This document shows, in pieces, positions 1 to 10,305 of a stretch of 32,000 nucleotides of DNA. This DNA comes from Promethearchaeota archaeon (GTDB lineage: Archaea > Asgardarchaeota > Lokiarchaeia > Sigyniarchaeales > SOKP01). Made by a program: the position numbers and the translations under genes. The number at the start of each line of letters is the position of its first letter. Positions within the stretch are counted from its first letter, which is position 1. The notes under the pieces were generated by a model. The model searched no databases. It saw only the letters and a program-made list of their open reading frames with translations, and had not been told where the DNA came from. Location of the stretch: NCBI GenBank assembly GCA_030606485.1, contig JAUWGH010000001.1, positions 600,001-632,000 on the forward strand, written 5' to 3'.

Positions 1-769
1 CACAACCTTCGCAATCTATTTTTAATATATCAATGGATTCTTTTAAAATATCTTTAAAGGGTACAAGATTAATTTTTTGTTTCTCCATAATATTCATTTT
101 TTCATTAAATTCATGATATAAACTTGTTGATCCTTTTATCTCAGTTATATTTAAAATTCCTTCTTTATAATTATTAGAAACACCAATATTGAAAGGTATA
201 ATTTTTTCTTCTAAGTTATTCATTTTTATATTTGATTTCAATATTTCAAATACTTCTCTATTTATTTCATAAACATAAACTTTCTTAGCACCTTCTGAAA
301 TAAAATATAAAGCTGTATCACCTATAAAACCGCCTATATCAATAATTATTTTATTTTTATAATCAAATTTATTATAATTTTCATCAATAAATATTTCATT
401 TATTTGATAAATTCCATTTATATTATCAATTAATTGTAAATTCAAACCCCAAATTTGAACTATAATTTTAGTTCCAAGATTTTTTATGATTACATTATTT
501 TTAAAGGCTTTAATATAAAAATATAAATAGCGCCAATAATTTTTGCTAAGCTCTTGAAATTTAAAACCATTTTTAAAAACTACGTCTGTTTTTTTTTTAA
601 TATTCAGTAAAATTAATAATAAATCAAACCAATTACGAATATTTTTATATTCTTTTGCTAACCATTTAATTCTTTTACTTGTTACTGGATCGAATAAAAT
701 GTTTATAAAAGTATTAAAAACTTTTATACTAATTTTATTTTTCAGAAAAAAATTTATTTTTATTTTCAT
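1..769 (-). CDS. FkbM family SAM-dependent methyltransferase (3' end runs off the window)
   Basis: Not in the ORF track; translated by hand from ATG at 769 (MKIKINFFLKNK...) and open to position 1. Motifs IIIDIGGFIGDTALYF, KVYVYEIN and IDILKIDCEGC are typical of FkbM. Confidence 0.85.
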   Translation of the reverse strand, partial: MKIKINFFLKNKISIKVFNTFINILFDPVTSKRIKWLAKEYKNIRNWFDLLLILLNIKKKTDVVFKNGFKFQELSKNYWRYLYFYIKAFKNNVIIKNLGTKIIVQIWGLNLQLIDNINGIYQINEIFIDENYNKFDYKNKIIIDIGGFIGDTALYFISEGAKKVYVYEINREVFEILKSNIKMNNLEEKIIPFNIGVSNNYKEGILNITEIKGSTSLYHEFNEKMNIMEKQKINLVPFKDILKESIDILKIDCEGC

Positions 770-969
770 ATATACATTTATAGTTCAATTAAGTTATAAA
801 TTAAAAATATTATAATTTTATTTAAAGAAAATTGACAGGTTTAGTATTTCTTAATTTCAATTTATCGACAAAAATGTTTAAAGGTTCTTTGTTTTAAGTT
901 AAAACATATTTTTTTTAAAAGATACATTCAAATTCAGCCTAAAATTTCATTTGAATATAAAATTAATAT

Positions 970-1457
970 ATTTTTTGATGTTATTTAGGCAATAGATCTC
1001 TATCCGATTTAAATTTGCTTCCAGGAAAATGTTTCAACTTTTAATAATAAAATTGAATGTACAAACATGTTTAGGGGTTCTTATTCTAATTCTATAATTA
1101 AAAGGGGTAATGATCCTTCTGTAAAAGAAAGTTCATAACATTACAAGTTTAAAAAGGGCGGTAGGCATTTTTATACTCACCTATCTAGAATTTTTTTATA
1201 AATTAGAAAACTCGAGAAATGAACGCTCATTTTCCATTCTTGAAAAACTTATTAATTTCCGAAGTAAAAGAAATTAAAAATATTGGAATCAATTACTTAA
1301 TTCTTATTTTACAGTTCGCGAATTTCCGTTAATCTTGAAAGAATTATTAAATGAATTGGGATTTTCCCCTCAAATGGTACATAAGCGTCAATTAAACTAT
1401 TAACTTGAAAATCGTATGAAAAATGTTAATATCGAATTTAAATTTAAAGGTGATTAA
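970..1457 (+). pseudogene. Possible degraded class I SAM methyltransferase remnant
   Basis: Protein-like fragments broken by in-frame stops and a frame change: FDVI*AIDLYP (motif II-like), KKGGRHF / VGIFILTY (LKPGG-like), then LEKLINFRSKRN*KYWNQ...KFKGD*. No motif I found and boundaries are approximate. Confidence 0.3.
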
Positions 1458-1531
1458 AGATTAAAAAAAAGAATTTAAATTAAAAATTATCGCAGTTTTT
1501 TTTTAAAAAAAGTAGAACTCTTATTAAAATG

Positions 1532-2554
1532 TTAAAAATATTTCATTCTAAATACATCTTTTTTTTTCATTTCTTCTTGTATCAAGGAAGGATATAGTAA
1601 ATATTTTTTAGGATCATATTTAATATAATCATTTTTATCAAAATGAATATTTTTTAAATAAATCTGTAAAGCTTTTTTGATGTTATTTGTATTGTATTTT
1701 TCCTTTATAATACTTTTAATATAAGATAATAGAGTAGGATATTTTTTATAATTCCCTAATGCTCGCCAATTTGTTCTTTCTGAACGTAAAAAATAATTTA
1801 ATCCTGTTTTAATATCACAATGCATCCAAAAAACAGTTTTATAAGTAATATTATTCATATAAGATTGAAAAGTGGCATATTCCCTTCTACCAAATCGAGT
1901 AAATGTCAAATAAGGGAAGTATTCATAAATACTTATCCTCGGGCCTGCTAAAATTTTCAATTCATGTTTTAGAAAATCTCTAATTCTAGAATGCCAAAAA
2001 TCACCGCCTAAATTTATGTAAAATAGTGATATGGATTTTGGAATTATCCCTCTTGGAAGATTCAAAAGTAGATTTCTTAACTTTAATATGTTATTCTTTC
2101 CTTGAGTATATGCAACAAAATCTGAATCAAATCTACATATCCATCGATAGCGAGATTGTTTTAAAGCAAAATTTCTATTTTGGTACAAATCTGATAAATT
2201 TGGGACATCGAAAAATTTAATTTTAGAATAGTTTTTAGTTAAATTCTTAACTAGTTCTTTCGTTTTATCGATTGAACCATTATCGACTATAATAATTTCA
2301 TCTGCAAAATCTAAAATGGAACAAACGGATAAGTTCACCAATATTTCTTCATTTTGGGTTGGTAATAAAACGGAAATACCATTTTCTCTCTTCTTAAATC
2401 TTTTTAAAGGTTTTTCAGATTGAATAAAATCAATACAAAATGCTTTAACTGATGTTAAAAAATAACTTAAACCATGGAAATTAAAAAGAGTAATTTTAGC
2501 TCCATTAAAGATTGATTTAAATATTTGTTTTAATTGTCTTACAAAATTTTTCAT
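1532..2554 (-). CDS. GT2 family glycosyltransferase (resembles CgtA-like beta-1,4-GalNAc transferases)
   Basis: GT-A N-terminus GISVLLPTQNEE, IIIVDNGSIDKT, RNFAL, and DxD motif in CRFDSDF. The CgtA resemblance is from recall only. Confidence 0.8.
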   Translation of the reverse strand: MKNFVRQLKQIFKSIFNGAKITLFNFHGLSYFLTSVKAFCIDFIQSEKPLKRFKKRENGISVLLPTQNEEILVNLSVCSILDFADEIIIVDNGSIDKTKELVKNLTKNYSKIKFFDVPNLSDLYQNRNFALKQSRYRWICRFDSDFVAYTQGKNNILKLRNLLLNLPRGIIPKSISLFYINLGGDFWHSRIRDFLKHELKILAGPRISIYEYFPYLTFTRFGRREYATFQSYMNNITYKTVFWMHCDIKTGLNYFLRSERTNWRALGNYKKYPTLLSYIKSIIKEKYNTNNIKKALQIYLKNIHFDKNDYIKYDPKKYLLYPSLIQEEMKKKDVFRMKYF

Positions 2555-2976
2555 AAGAAATTATAATTATAAGAGAGTAAAAAAGTATATTATTAATAAA
2601 AAATTGTTAAATTAAGTACTTTAAATTGTATTATTTTTAAAAAAACCATACTTTTAACTTCCACTTTTTAAAAAAAATAGATAAATTTCATATATGTTCG
2701 TTATAATAAACAGGGTTTATCAAAACATAAATAATTTATTCACATCTTTCTCAATAATTTACATTTTTCAATATTTAGGATAATTTATGAATTAAAAATG
2801 ATTCCTAAGTTGAACAAAAAATTATATAAAATATAGCCATAATATAGCTCTCAAGGGCAATACTATCTATAAAGCCCTAAAAGATTTAATTATTTCGCTT
2901 CATATGGATAATTATACTCTAGTACGAGATAAGATTGAAAAATTGGGTGAGGAATGACGATTATTATTAGAAATTA

Positions 2977-4269
2977 TTAAAAATCTTTATTTTTTAAGAG
3001 ATCATCATATATTTTTCTATAATTTGGAACAACCTTTTTCCAAGAAAAATTTTTTTCTACATAATCTCGCGCAAATTCTTCAATTTTATTTCGTTTTTCG
3101 GGATTTCTTAAGTAATAAATAATTTTTGATGCAAGATCTTCAGGATCTTCAGCTTTAAATAAATCTCCTGTTTTTTCTGGTTTAATTGTAAATCTTAACG
3201 CAGGTAAATCACTCGCAATTACTAATGTTTTAAGCGCCATACTTTCAAGTGGTTTAAGTGGAGTAACTAATCTAGAAACATTCAAATTCAATCTGGGGAG
3301 GACAATTATGTCAATAATTGAGTAATATTTGGTTATCTCTCTATGTGGAATTGCACTTAATAATAAAATATATTTAGAAATATTTAATTCTCTTGACAAT
3401 TGTTTTAGATATTTTAAATAATCTTTATTTATATTTCCTATTAAAACAAGTGTAATATTTTGAATTTTTTTTAATACACAAGGAATAGATTTTATTAATA
3501 TATCGATCCCTTCGTACCAACTCAATCGTCCTATATATCCAATAATAAAGTTCCCATTTAATTTTAAATCTTTTTTCAACTTTAAATTGGTTTCTATAGG
3601 TTGTAATAAATCAGTATCAGTACAATTTGGAATAATTTTTATTTTTTCCTCTTTAATATTTCTTTTTAGCAGTTCTTTTTTCATAGAATCTGAAAGTGTA
3701 ATTATTAGATCTGATTTTTTTATCAAATTTGTCTCATTAGTTTTCATTTTGTTGTAAATGTGCTTTATTAATTTCAAATTAATATTTTTTCGATATTTTG
3801 TATTTGCGATTAAATTTTCTTCAAGGAAACCTCTAACTTCATAAATAAAAGGAATTTTTTGTTTTTTTGCTACTTTTAATGCATATCTTCCAACCTCATA
3901 ATGCGTATGTTGATGAATGATATCAATTTTATAAAATTTAACTAATTTTCTAATATAATATTTCATTAAAACAGAAATTAGAAAATATTGATATTTATTT
4001 TCAAGATCAATATTAAAAAATTCATAAAAAATATTATTAAAACGTTTAATATAGGAAAAATACTTACTTAATAAAAAGGCTATTCTATTATTTATTCGAT
4101 AGTAGGGAATGTTATCAATAATCTCTAAATTTTTTTTACTTTTAAATAGAAATGATGTAAGAACAAATATTTTTGAGAACTTTTTTTGATATTTGAATAT
4201 ATATTTTGATCTTATGGTAGATCCTGAAATTAAAGGTAATGAGTTTTGTAATAAATGTAAAACTTTCAT
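2977..4269 (-). CDS. GT4 family glycosyltransferase
   Basis: GT-B motifs IPFIYEVRGFLEE, GYIGRLSWYEGIDIL, VTPLKPLESMA and VIASDLPAL. Confidence 0.9.
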   Translation of the reverse strand: MKVLHLLQNSLPLISGSTIRSKYIFKYQKKFSKIFVLTSFLFKSKKNLEIIDNIPYYRINNRIAFLLSKYFSYIKRFNNIFYEFFNIDLENKYQYFLISVLMKYYIRKLVKFYKIDIIHQHTHYEVGRYALKVAKKQKIPFIYEVRGFLEENLIANTKYRKNINLKLIKHIYNKMKTNETNLIKKSDLIITLSDSMKKELLKRNIKEEKIKIIPNCTDTDLLQPIETNLKLKKDLKLNGNFIIGYIGRLSWYEGIDILIKSIPCVLKKIQNITLVLIGNINKDYLKYLKQLSRELNISKYILLLSAIPHREITKYYSIIDIIVLPRLNLNVSRLVTPLKPLESMALKTLVIASDLPALRFTIKPEKTGDLFKAEDPEDLASKIIYYLRNPEKRNKIEEFARDYVEKNFSWKKVVPNYRKIYDDLLKNKDF

Positions 4270-4556
4270 AGTTATAGAAAAAAGTTTATTTTTTAAAAAT
4301 ATTGCAACTATTAAAAGATTTTGTTAGAGATAAACCTTTAAAATAAATTGATTAACTTTCCTTGAAAAAATCCTGAAAATAATGAAAAAATTGTAAAAAG
4401 TAAAAATTTATGTTTTATTTTTGATTTTTTTTAATAATTTTATTAATTTATTTTGTTTTTTAATTTGAATAAAAAATTTGCTCTATTAAAATGTATTAAT
4501 TTTTTAATAATTAATGAAATTAATGTTAAAAATTTTTAAAACTTGGGATAAATACT

Positions 4557-5660
4557 ATGTCAAAAATAATATATCTTATAGCAGGGGCAAGACCAAATTT
4601 TATGAAAATTGCTCCATTAATACCACAATTAAACAAAGAAAATATTAAATTTAAACTAATTCACACTGGGCAACATTATGATTATAATATGTCTAAAATC
4701 TTTTTTAAAGATCTTGATATACCAGAACCAGATATATATTTAAATGTTGGCTCAGCCTCTCATGCTACACAAACCGCAAAAATAATGATTGAGTTTGAAA
4801 AAGTTCTTCTTAAAGATCGCCCCATACTTGTATTAGTAGTGGGAGATGTTAATTCTACCCTCGCTTGTGCATTAGTAGCTAAAAAATTATTTATCAAAGT
4901 AGCCCATGTAGAAGCCGGATTGAGAAGTTTTGATCATAAAATGCCCGAAGAAATAAATAGACTTTTAACGGATCAAATATCAGAATTTCTATTTACAACT
5001 GAGATGAGTGCTGAAATCAATTTAAAAAGAGAAGGGATTAATCCAGAGAAAATCTATTTTGTTGGAAATGTAATGATTGATAATTTAATAAAAAATTTGG
5101 AGAAAGCTAGAAATTTAAATTATAATAAAAAGTTAAATTTAGAAGAAAATTCATATGCCTTAATTACTTTACATAGACCATCAAATGTAGATAATAAGAA
5201 AGATTTAGAGAAAATAATTGAATTTTTTGATTATCTCCGAAAGAAAATTAAGATTTTTTTTCCAATTCATCCTAGAACAAAAAAAAAAATTGAAAAATTT
5301 AATTTTTCCAATAAGATTAAAAAAGATAATATAATTTTATCTGAACCAATTGGGTATTTAGAATTTTTAAGTTTAATGCTAGGTGCTAAATTAATTTTGA
5401 CAGATTCTGGAGGTATTCAGGAAGAAGCATCATTTCTCAAAATTCCGGTTTTAACATTAAGAAAAAATACAGAACGCCCTATTACTGTTCAAAGAGGAAC
5501 AAATACGATAATAGACAAGAATTTTGACCAAGCCAAAAAGTATATTAAAGAAATTTTATCAAATAACTATAAAAAAGGTCAAGAAATTGAAAAATGGGAT
5601 GGACAAACATCTAAAAGAATCGTTAACATTCTTATAGAAAAATTAATTGAAAACAATTAA
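4557..5660 (+). CDS. wecB: UDP-N-acetylglucosamine 2-epimerase (non-hydrolysing)
   Basis: GARPNFMK, HTGQHYD, VVGDVNST, HVEAGLRS, MPEEINR, LHRPSNVD, TDSGGIQEEA and TERP motifs. Confidence 0.95.
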   Translation: MSKIIYLIAGARPNFMKIAPLIPQLNKENIKFKLIHTGQHYDYNMSKIFFKDLDIPEPDIYLNVGSASHATQTAKIMIEFEKVLLKDRPILVLVVGDVNSTLACALVAKKLFIKVAHVEAGLRSFDHKMPEEINRLLTDQISEFLFTTEMSAEINLKREGINPEKIYFVGNVMIDNLIKNLEKARNLNYNKKLNLEENSYALITLHRPSNVDNKKDLEKIIEFFDYLRKKIKIFFPIHPRTKKKIEKFNFSNKIKKDNIILSEPIGYLEFLSLMLGAKLILTDSGGIQEEASFLKIPVLTLRKNTERPITVQRGTNTIIDKNFDQAKKYIKEILSNNYKKGQEIEKWDGQTSKRIVNILIEKLIENN

Positions 5661-5779
5661 AGTTTTAGATGATCTTAACGATTTATCTTTTTTCAATGAA
5701 TTATCTAGAAAATATCCATTAAGTTAAAAGTTTTTAATAAATTTTATTTTTATTTTTTAATTTTTTCTGTTATTTTATT

Positions 5780-7024
5780 TTAACTTAGTAATTTTTCATA
5801 AAGAATTCGATATTTTTCAATAATAATTTTCCAATCATGATTTTTTTTTACAAACTTTCTTGCACTCACGCCTAAACGCTTACGTACCGTACGATCAGAA
5901 AGATAATAAATAATTTTTTTTGCTAAGTCATTATAATTACCCACCGCGAATAAATCACCTGATATTCCAGGTTTTACACTTTCAATGAGTGCTGGTAGAT
6001 CACTAGTTAACACAACTTTCTCCATTGACATTACTTCCAATTGCTTCATAGGAGTGACAATTCTAGTAACCCGTGAATCAATGCGAGGAATTATATTTAT
6101 ATCTATAATTGAGCGATAATTCCTTACCTTCTCGAACGGTACTTGACCTGTGAAATGAATGCATTTAAATAATTTCAATTTTTTGATTATTTTTACCAAT
6201 TCTTGACGGTATTCATTATTACAAGGACCAACAATTAAAAGTACAGCGTCTTTGATTTCACTTTTCACAATTTTCATTGCTTTAATCAATATATCAATTC
6301 CTTCAATTCGCCGAACTAATCCGACAAAACCTACAACAATCTTTTCATGAATCCCTAATTTTTGCTTAAGGTTTAAATCTGGAGTTTGGGGTCGGAAAAT
6401 CTCGGTGTTCACTCCATTTGGTACAATAATTATCTTTTGTCTATCTATACTACGACTCATTATTTCAGCTTTCATCATTTTTCCCAAAGTTACCACGGCA
6501 TCAGATTTTCTCATTATTTCTGTTTCTCCTTTACGCCTAGTCCAATATTTATAGCTATTTCTCGTTATTTGTCCAACACCAATATCAGATTCTTCCCAAA
6601 ATCCACGTACTTCATAAACAAAAGGAAGTTTATTTTCATGAGCTATTTTTATCCCCCAATTAGCAAATGAATATGGCATATGGCTATGAATTATATCTAT
6701 TTTTTGTGTTTTTACAATTTTTCGAACATAATTTAAAGGAATCTTAAGTATCGAACAATAGAATTTATAATAAAGTCCGGCCATTTTCACACGCTTAAAA
6801 AATTGTGGATCATAAAATGAATTCATTCCGATATTCGGCGGAAAGCGATAGTAAATAACATTACCAATTATATCTTTTTTTTTTTTCCGAAAATAAATTG
6901 GTGAAGTTAAAGCGCAAGGATCAACAAATTTTTTTTGAAAAGTGAGAATATTATGGCTACGAATTGAATATCCACCTAAATTCGGACGTGATATGTATAA
7001 TAAATGAAGTATTTTTGGATTCAC
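5780..7024 (-). CDS. GT4 family glycosyltransferase (paralog of 2977-4269), GTG start
   Basis: LPFVYEVRGFWEE, EGIDILIK, VTPMKQLEVMS and SDLPAL motifs match the other GT4 throughout. Confidence 0.9.
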   Translation of the reverse strand: MNPKILHLLYISRPNLGGYSIRSHNILTFQKKFVDPCALTSPIYFRKKKKDIIGNVIYYRFPPNIGMNSFYDPQFFKRVKMAGLYYKFYCSILKIPLNYVRKIVKTQKIDIIHSHMPYSFANWGIKIAHENKLPFVYEVRGFWEESDIGVGQITRNSYKYWTRRKGETEIMRKSDAVVTLGKMMKAEIMSRSIDRQKIIIVPNGVNTEIFRPQTPDLNLKQKLGIHEKIVVGFVGLVRRIEGIDILIKAMKIVKSEIKDAVLLIVGPCNNEYRQELVKIIKKLKLFKCIHFTGQVPFEKVRNYRSIIDINIIPRIDSRVTRIVTPMKQLEVMSMEKVVLTSDLPALIESVKPGISGDLFAVGNYNDLAKKIIYYLSDRTVRKRLGVSARKFVKKNHDWKIIIEKYRILYEKLLS

Positions 7025-7050
7025 TTTATTGTACTCAGATAATTTAATCT

Positions 7051-7659
7051 TTATTTATCAGGTGTAAAAATAATTTCTAGACCATAGCAGGGAAAAATAT
7101 AACATAAATTTTCTTCATAAAATTCTTGTAATTTGCTACTCATATTAATAAATTTGCCGAATGCTTTTTTAATTAGACTTCTACGCTTAAACGGAGACCA
7201 GAAAGCTAATTTTTGTGAAATAATTTTTATTCTTATATCCGTATAAAAAGTTGGAACCATTCTTTTTAATTGGTATTTTCTTTCAGTGAAATAATAAAAA
7301 GTGTATAGTCCAAAGAAATTTTTATGGGTTGGATCAGAAAAAAAATATGGATTCGAAAAATGAGGGACAACTGTATAGGATTTACCCCTTTTTTTAAGAA
7401 CTCTAACAATCTCTCTCATTAAATTTTCAAAATTTTTGATATGCTCTAAAAAATGTGTAGAATGAATTTCATCTACTGAATCATCAGGAAAGAAGGAAAG
7501 GCCATATTCAAGATCTGCTACGATATCAACATAAGAGGAATCAAATTTATCAATACCGATCCTTTCTTTCTTTTTATTAGGACCACATCCTAATTCAAGA
7601 ATTACTGGCTTATCACTATTAATTATTTGTTCTAAATCGATTTTAATTATGGGTTTCAT
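7051..7659 (-). CDS. Class I SAM-dependent methyltransferase (type 11-like)
   Basis: ILELGCG motif I, VDEIHSTHFLEHI, EIVRVLKKRGK. Lies 26 bp upstream of the GT4 on the same strand. Confidence 0.85.
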   Translation of the reverse strand: MKPIIKIDLEQIINSDKPVILELGCGPNKKKERIGIDKFDSSYVDIVADLEYGLSFFPDDSVDEIHSTHFLEHIKNFENLMREIVRVLKKRGKSYTVVPHFSNPYFFSDPTHKNFFGLYTFYYFTERKYQLKRMVPTFYTDIRIKIISQKLAFWSPFKRRSLIKKAFGKFINMSSKLQEFYEENLCYIFPCYGLEIIFTPDK

Positions 7660-7882
7660 GTCAATTATATTTATTTAAAAATAATTTTTAAATTATTTAA
7701 TTTCGATTAAAAATATTTCCTTTTTTTCCTTTATCTTACATTATTTAGGATTATAATAAATATCTCTTTATTAAAATTTATAAATTGAAAAATAAGGAAT
7801 TAAATAAATAACTTATTAGTTTAATTAAATTGAATATTTTATAGTAAATATTGATCAAAAACTTATAATAGAAATATTAAAA

Positions 7883-8742
7883 ATGAAATTCCTTTTTGCT
7901 ATACCTACATTATTTAGGAAAGACAGACAAGAGATAATAAATAAATGTCTAATACGTTTGAAATATCAATGTGAATTACATAATATCTCTTATAAAATAA
8001 TTGTTGTTTGCAATATTGAAAATGAATACTTTAAAAATTGGAAAATTAAATCAGATAATATTGTAAAAAAGGTTTGTGGGGTAAAGTATAACCTTGCTGC
8101 TTCATTAAATAGTGCAATTGATGAGATAACTGATGAAGACTATTTTTGTTTTATACATGATGATATAAAATTCCTAATAACAATTGGATTATAACCTTTG
8201 TAAATTTATATGAAATTAACATTTTAAAATGTGGTATTATAGGAATAAGACCTCACTATAAAGGAAACACTTATTATAGATTACTCCAAAGATTTAGGAA
8301 TAAAATTATTAGAAGTTTTATCAACCTATATAAAACTAAAAAATATTTATCTAGGATTATAACTTTTTGTGTTCATTATCTAAATAAAACTAATCTCATA
8401 ACATTAGACTTTTTTAATCGGTTAAAGCTTATGAACAGTTTTAATATTGAAGTGCAGAGCTGGGTTGATGGCGTTATGTTTTTTTCTATTGATAAATTAA
8501 AAGAAATTGGTAAATTTAATGAAAATTATTTTGGTGATTGTGAATCTGAAGATTTTAACTACCATATAAGAGAAAATGGTTATAAAATTTATAGAGTTAT
8601 ACTTTCTTATATTCATTATAGTGACCCTTTTAAATCGTAAGTAACTAAAGAGGAAAATATTATTTTTCTAAATCACGTTAAAAAGTCAATATTTTTACTA
8701 GCACAAAAATGGGGCAAAAAAAAGGATATTATATACCCTTAG
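7883..8742 (+). pseudogene. GT2-like glycosyltransferase broken by one frameshift (~8170) and one in-frame TAA (8638-8640)
   Basis: ORF 7883-8194 ends just after CFIHDDIK. An alternate frame (PNNNWIITF...) runs open into ORF 8431-8640 (WVDGVMFF, FNENYFGDCESEDFNY). Past its TAA the same frame continues VTKEEN...QKWGKKKDIIYP to TAG at 8740-8742. Confidence 0.75.
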
Positions 8743-8845
8743 TTTAAATTCTAATTGAGAAATAAAAAATTTTGATAAATATTTTCCGATATTTTCTTGC
8801 AGTTAGGAACATTATAAAGAGAAGATGATTAAAATTTTTCTTTTT

Positions 8846-10153
8846 TTAATTTTGTTTAATTTTAATATCTTCTTTTATTAAACTTCTTATTAAATTTAGA
8901 AAATCTTTTTTACTTTTATCTGCAGAAAAATGCTTATAAATTAGATTAATGTCCTTTACATCAATTTTAGGAGGATTTTCAATTATAGTTTTTATAGCTT
9001 TTTTCCATAAATGAAGTTTTAATGGAACGACTTTTAAAAACTTTTTTTCTTTAAAGAAGTAATTAGCTCCACAATTTGGTGAAGAAATTACGGGTGTTTT
9101 GTTGATAAAACTTTCAATTATAATTCTTCCAAATGCCTCAGAATAGAAAGAGGGCACTAATGTAATTTTAGATTTATGATATAAAAAATATAAATAATCT
9201 AACTCTACTTGATCTAAATTTAAAATTCTTTCGTTTATTTCATTTTGATCAATTTTTTTTCCCACAATTATTATCTTATATGACTCTGGAAGTTTTTTTA
9301 TTAATTTTTTAATAAAATTTTCGCCTTTATGATATCCTTTATAGGTTGGAGTTATAAATAGTAGTAGATTTTTAATTAATTCTATTTGTTTCATTAAATT
9401 ACCTTTTATTTTCTTAAAATTTAAAATGTATTCTTTTTTCTTCTCTATAGGAGTGATGTTTATGATTTTTATTTTCTCTGGATTTACAAAATAAGACAAA
9501 AAATTTTGCATTAAAGGAGAGGCAACTACATTAATTGATGTTCGATTCATTAACATAAAATTTAAACGAATTAAATAATATCTAAACTTATAAAATATGG
9601 TATAAATTACGGATTTAAAGGATTTCTCCCATCCCTTAGGTTTATCACCTATTAAAACTCTTAAAGTTCTCCAATAATTAATACATTTATAACATGTTTT
9701 TTTGTTTATTAATGCAGGACAAGCCGTTCCATATTTAATAATATCAACATGTTTAGGGCAAATATTTGTTGGATCTCGAAGTATATGAATAACTGGAATT
9801 TGTTTTTTTATCGCACAAAATATTGTTGGAAATGCTACATTTCTTTGTGTGATAATAATATGCGGTTTAAATTTTTTTATAGTTCTGAAAATTTGGAGTG
9901 TATATAAAAAATAATCTGCTCCAAAAGGCATAATAATTTTTTTTACTTTATTTTGTAGATGAGAGATAATTGGTTCTAAAGGTGTTATTGAGAGGTTCTT
10001 TTTTTTGATTTTTTTAACTTCACGAGCAAGGATTTTTATAGAAATGTTTTTAATTTCTAATAATCCTTCAATAATAATTCTAAGACTTTTTTCTGCACCT
10101 CCAGGGATATTTTTTCCGAAGTAATCGGAAGTTACAAGAATTTTTAAACTCAT
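8846..10153 (-). CDS. GT4 family glycosyltransferase
   Basis: N-terminal ILVTSDYF...GGAEKS and C-terminal EX7E motif SEAFGRIIIESF...PVISS. Confidence 0.85.
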   Translation of the reverse strand: MSLKILVTSDYFGKNIPGGAEKSLRIIIEGLLEIKNISIKILAREVKKIKKKNLSITPLEPIISHLQNKVKKIIMPFGADYFLYTLQIFRTIKKFKPHIIITQRNVAFPTIFCAIKKQIPVIHILRDPTNICPKHVDIIKYGTACPALINKKTCYKCINYWRTLRVLIGDKPKGWEKSFKSVIYTIFYKFRYYLIRLNFMLMNRTSINVVASPLMQNFLSYFVNPEKIKIINITPIEKKKEYILNFKKIKGNLMKQIELIKNLLLFITPTYKGYHKGENFIKKLIKKLPESYKIIIVGKKIDQNEINERILNLDQVELDYLYFLYHKSKITLVPSFYSEAFGRIIIESFINKTPVISSPNCGANYFFKEKKFLKVVPLKLHLWKKAIKTIIENPPKIDVKDINLIYKHFSADKSKKDFLNLIRSLIKEDIKIKQN

Positions 10154-10305
10154 TAACTTAAAAAAATTTTATTCAAGTTTTAATTTATTAGATATGAAAA
10201 TTTTTAATGATTTATAAAAAGATTTTTTTATTTTATAAGAATTAAATCAAAGTATTTAGAAAAAAGCTTGAATTAAACCAAGGAATAAATATAAAAAATA
10301 AAGAA

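Noticed and set aside
2815-2957. Protein-like fragment on the + strand (…SHNIALKGNTIYKALKDLIISLHMDNYTLVRDKIEKLGEE*)
   Set aside because: No start codon at its 5' end and no family recognised. It may be a gene remnant but cannot be supported.
8638-8640. Sec/Pyl recoding as an explanation for the in-frame stop in the GT2 gene
   Set aside because: The stop is TAA, not TGA or TAG, and the gene also has a frameshift.
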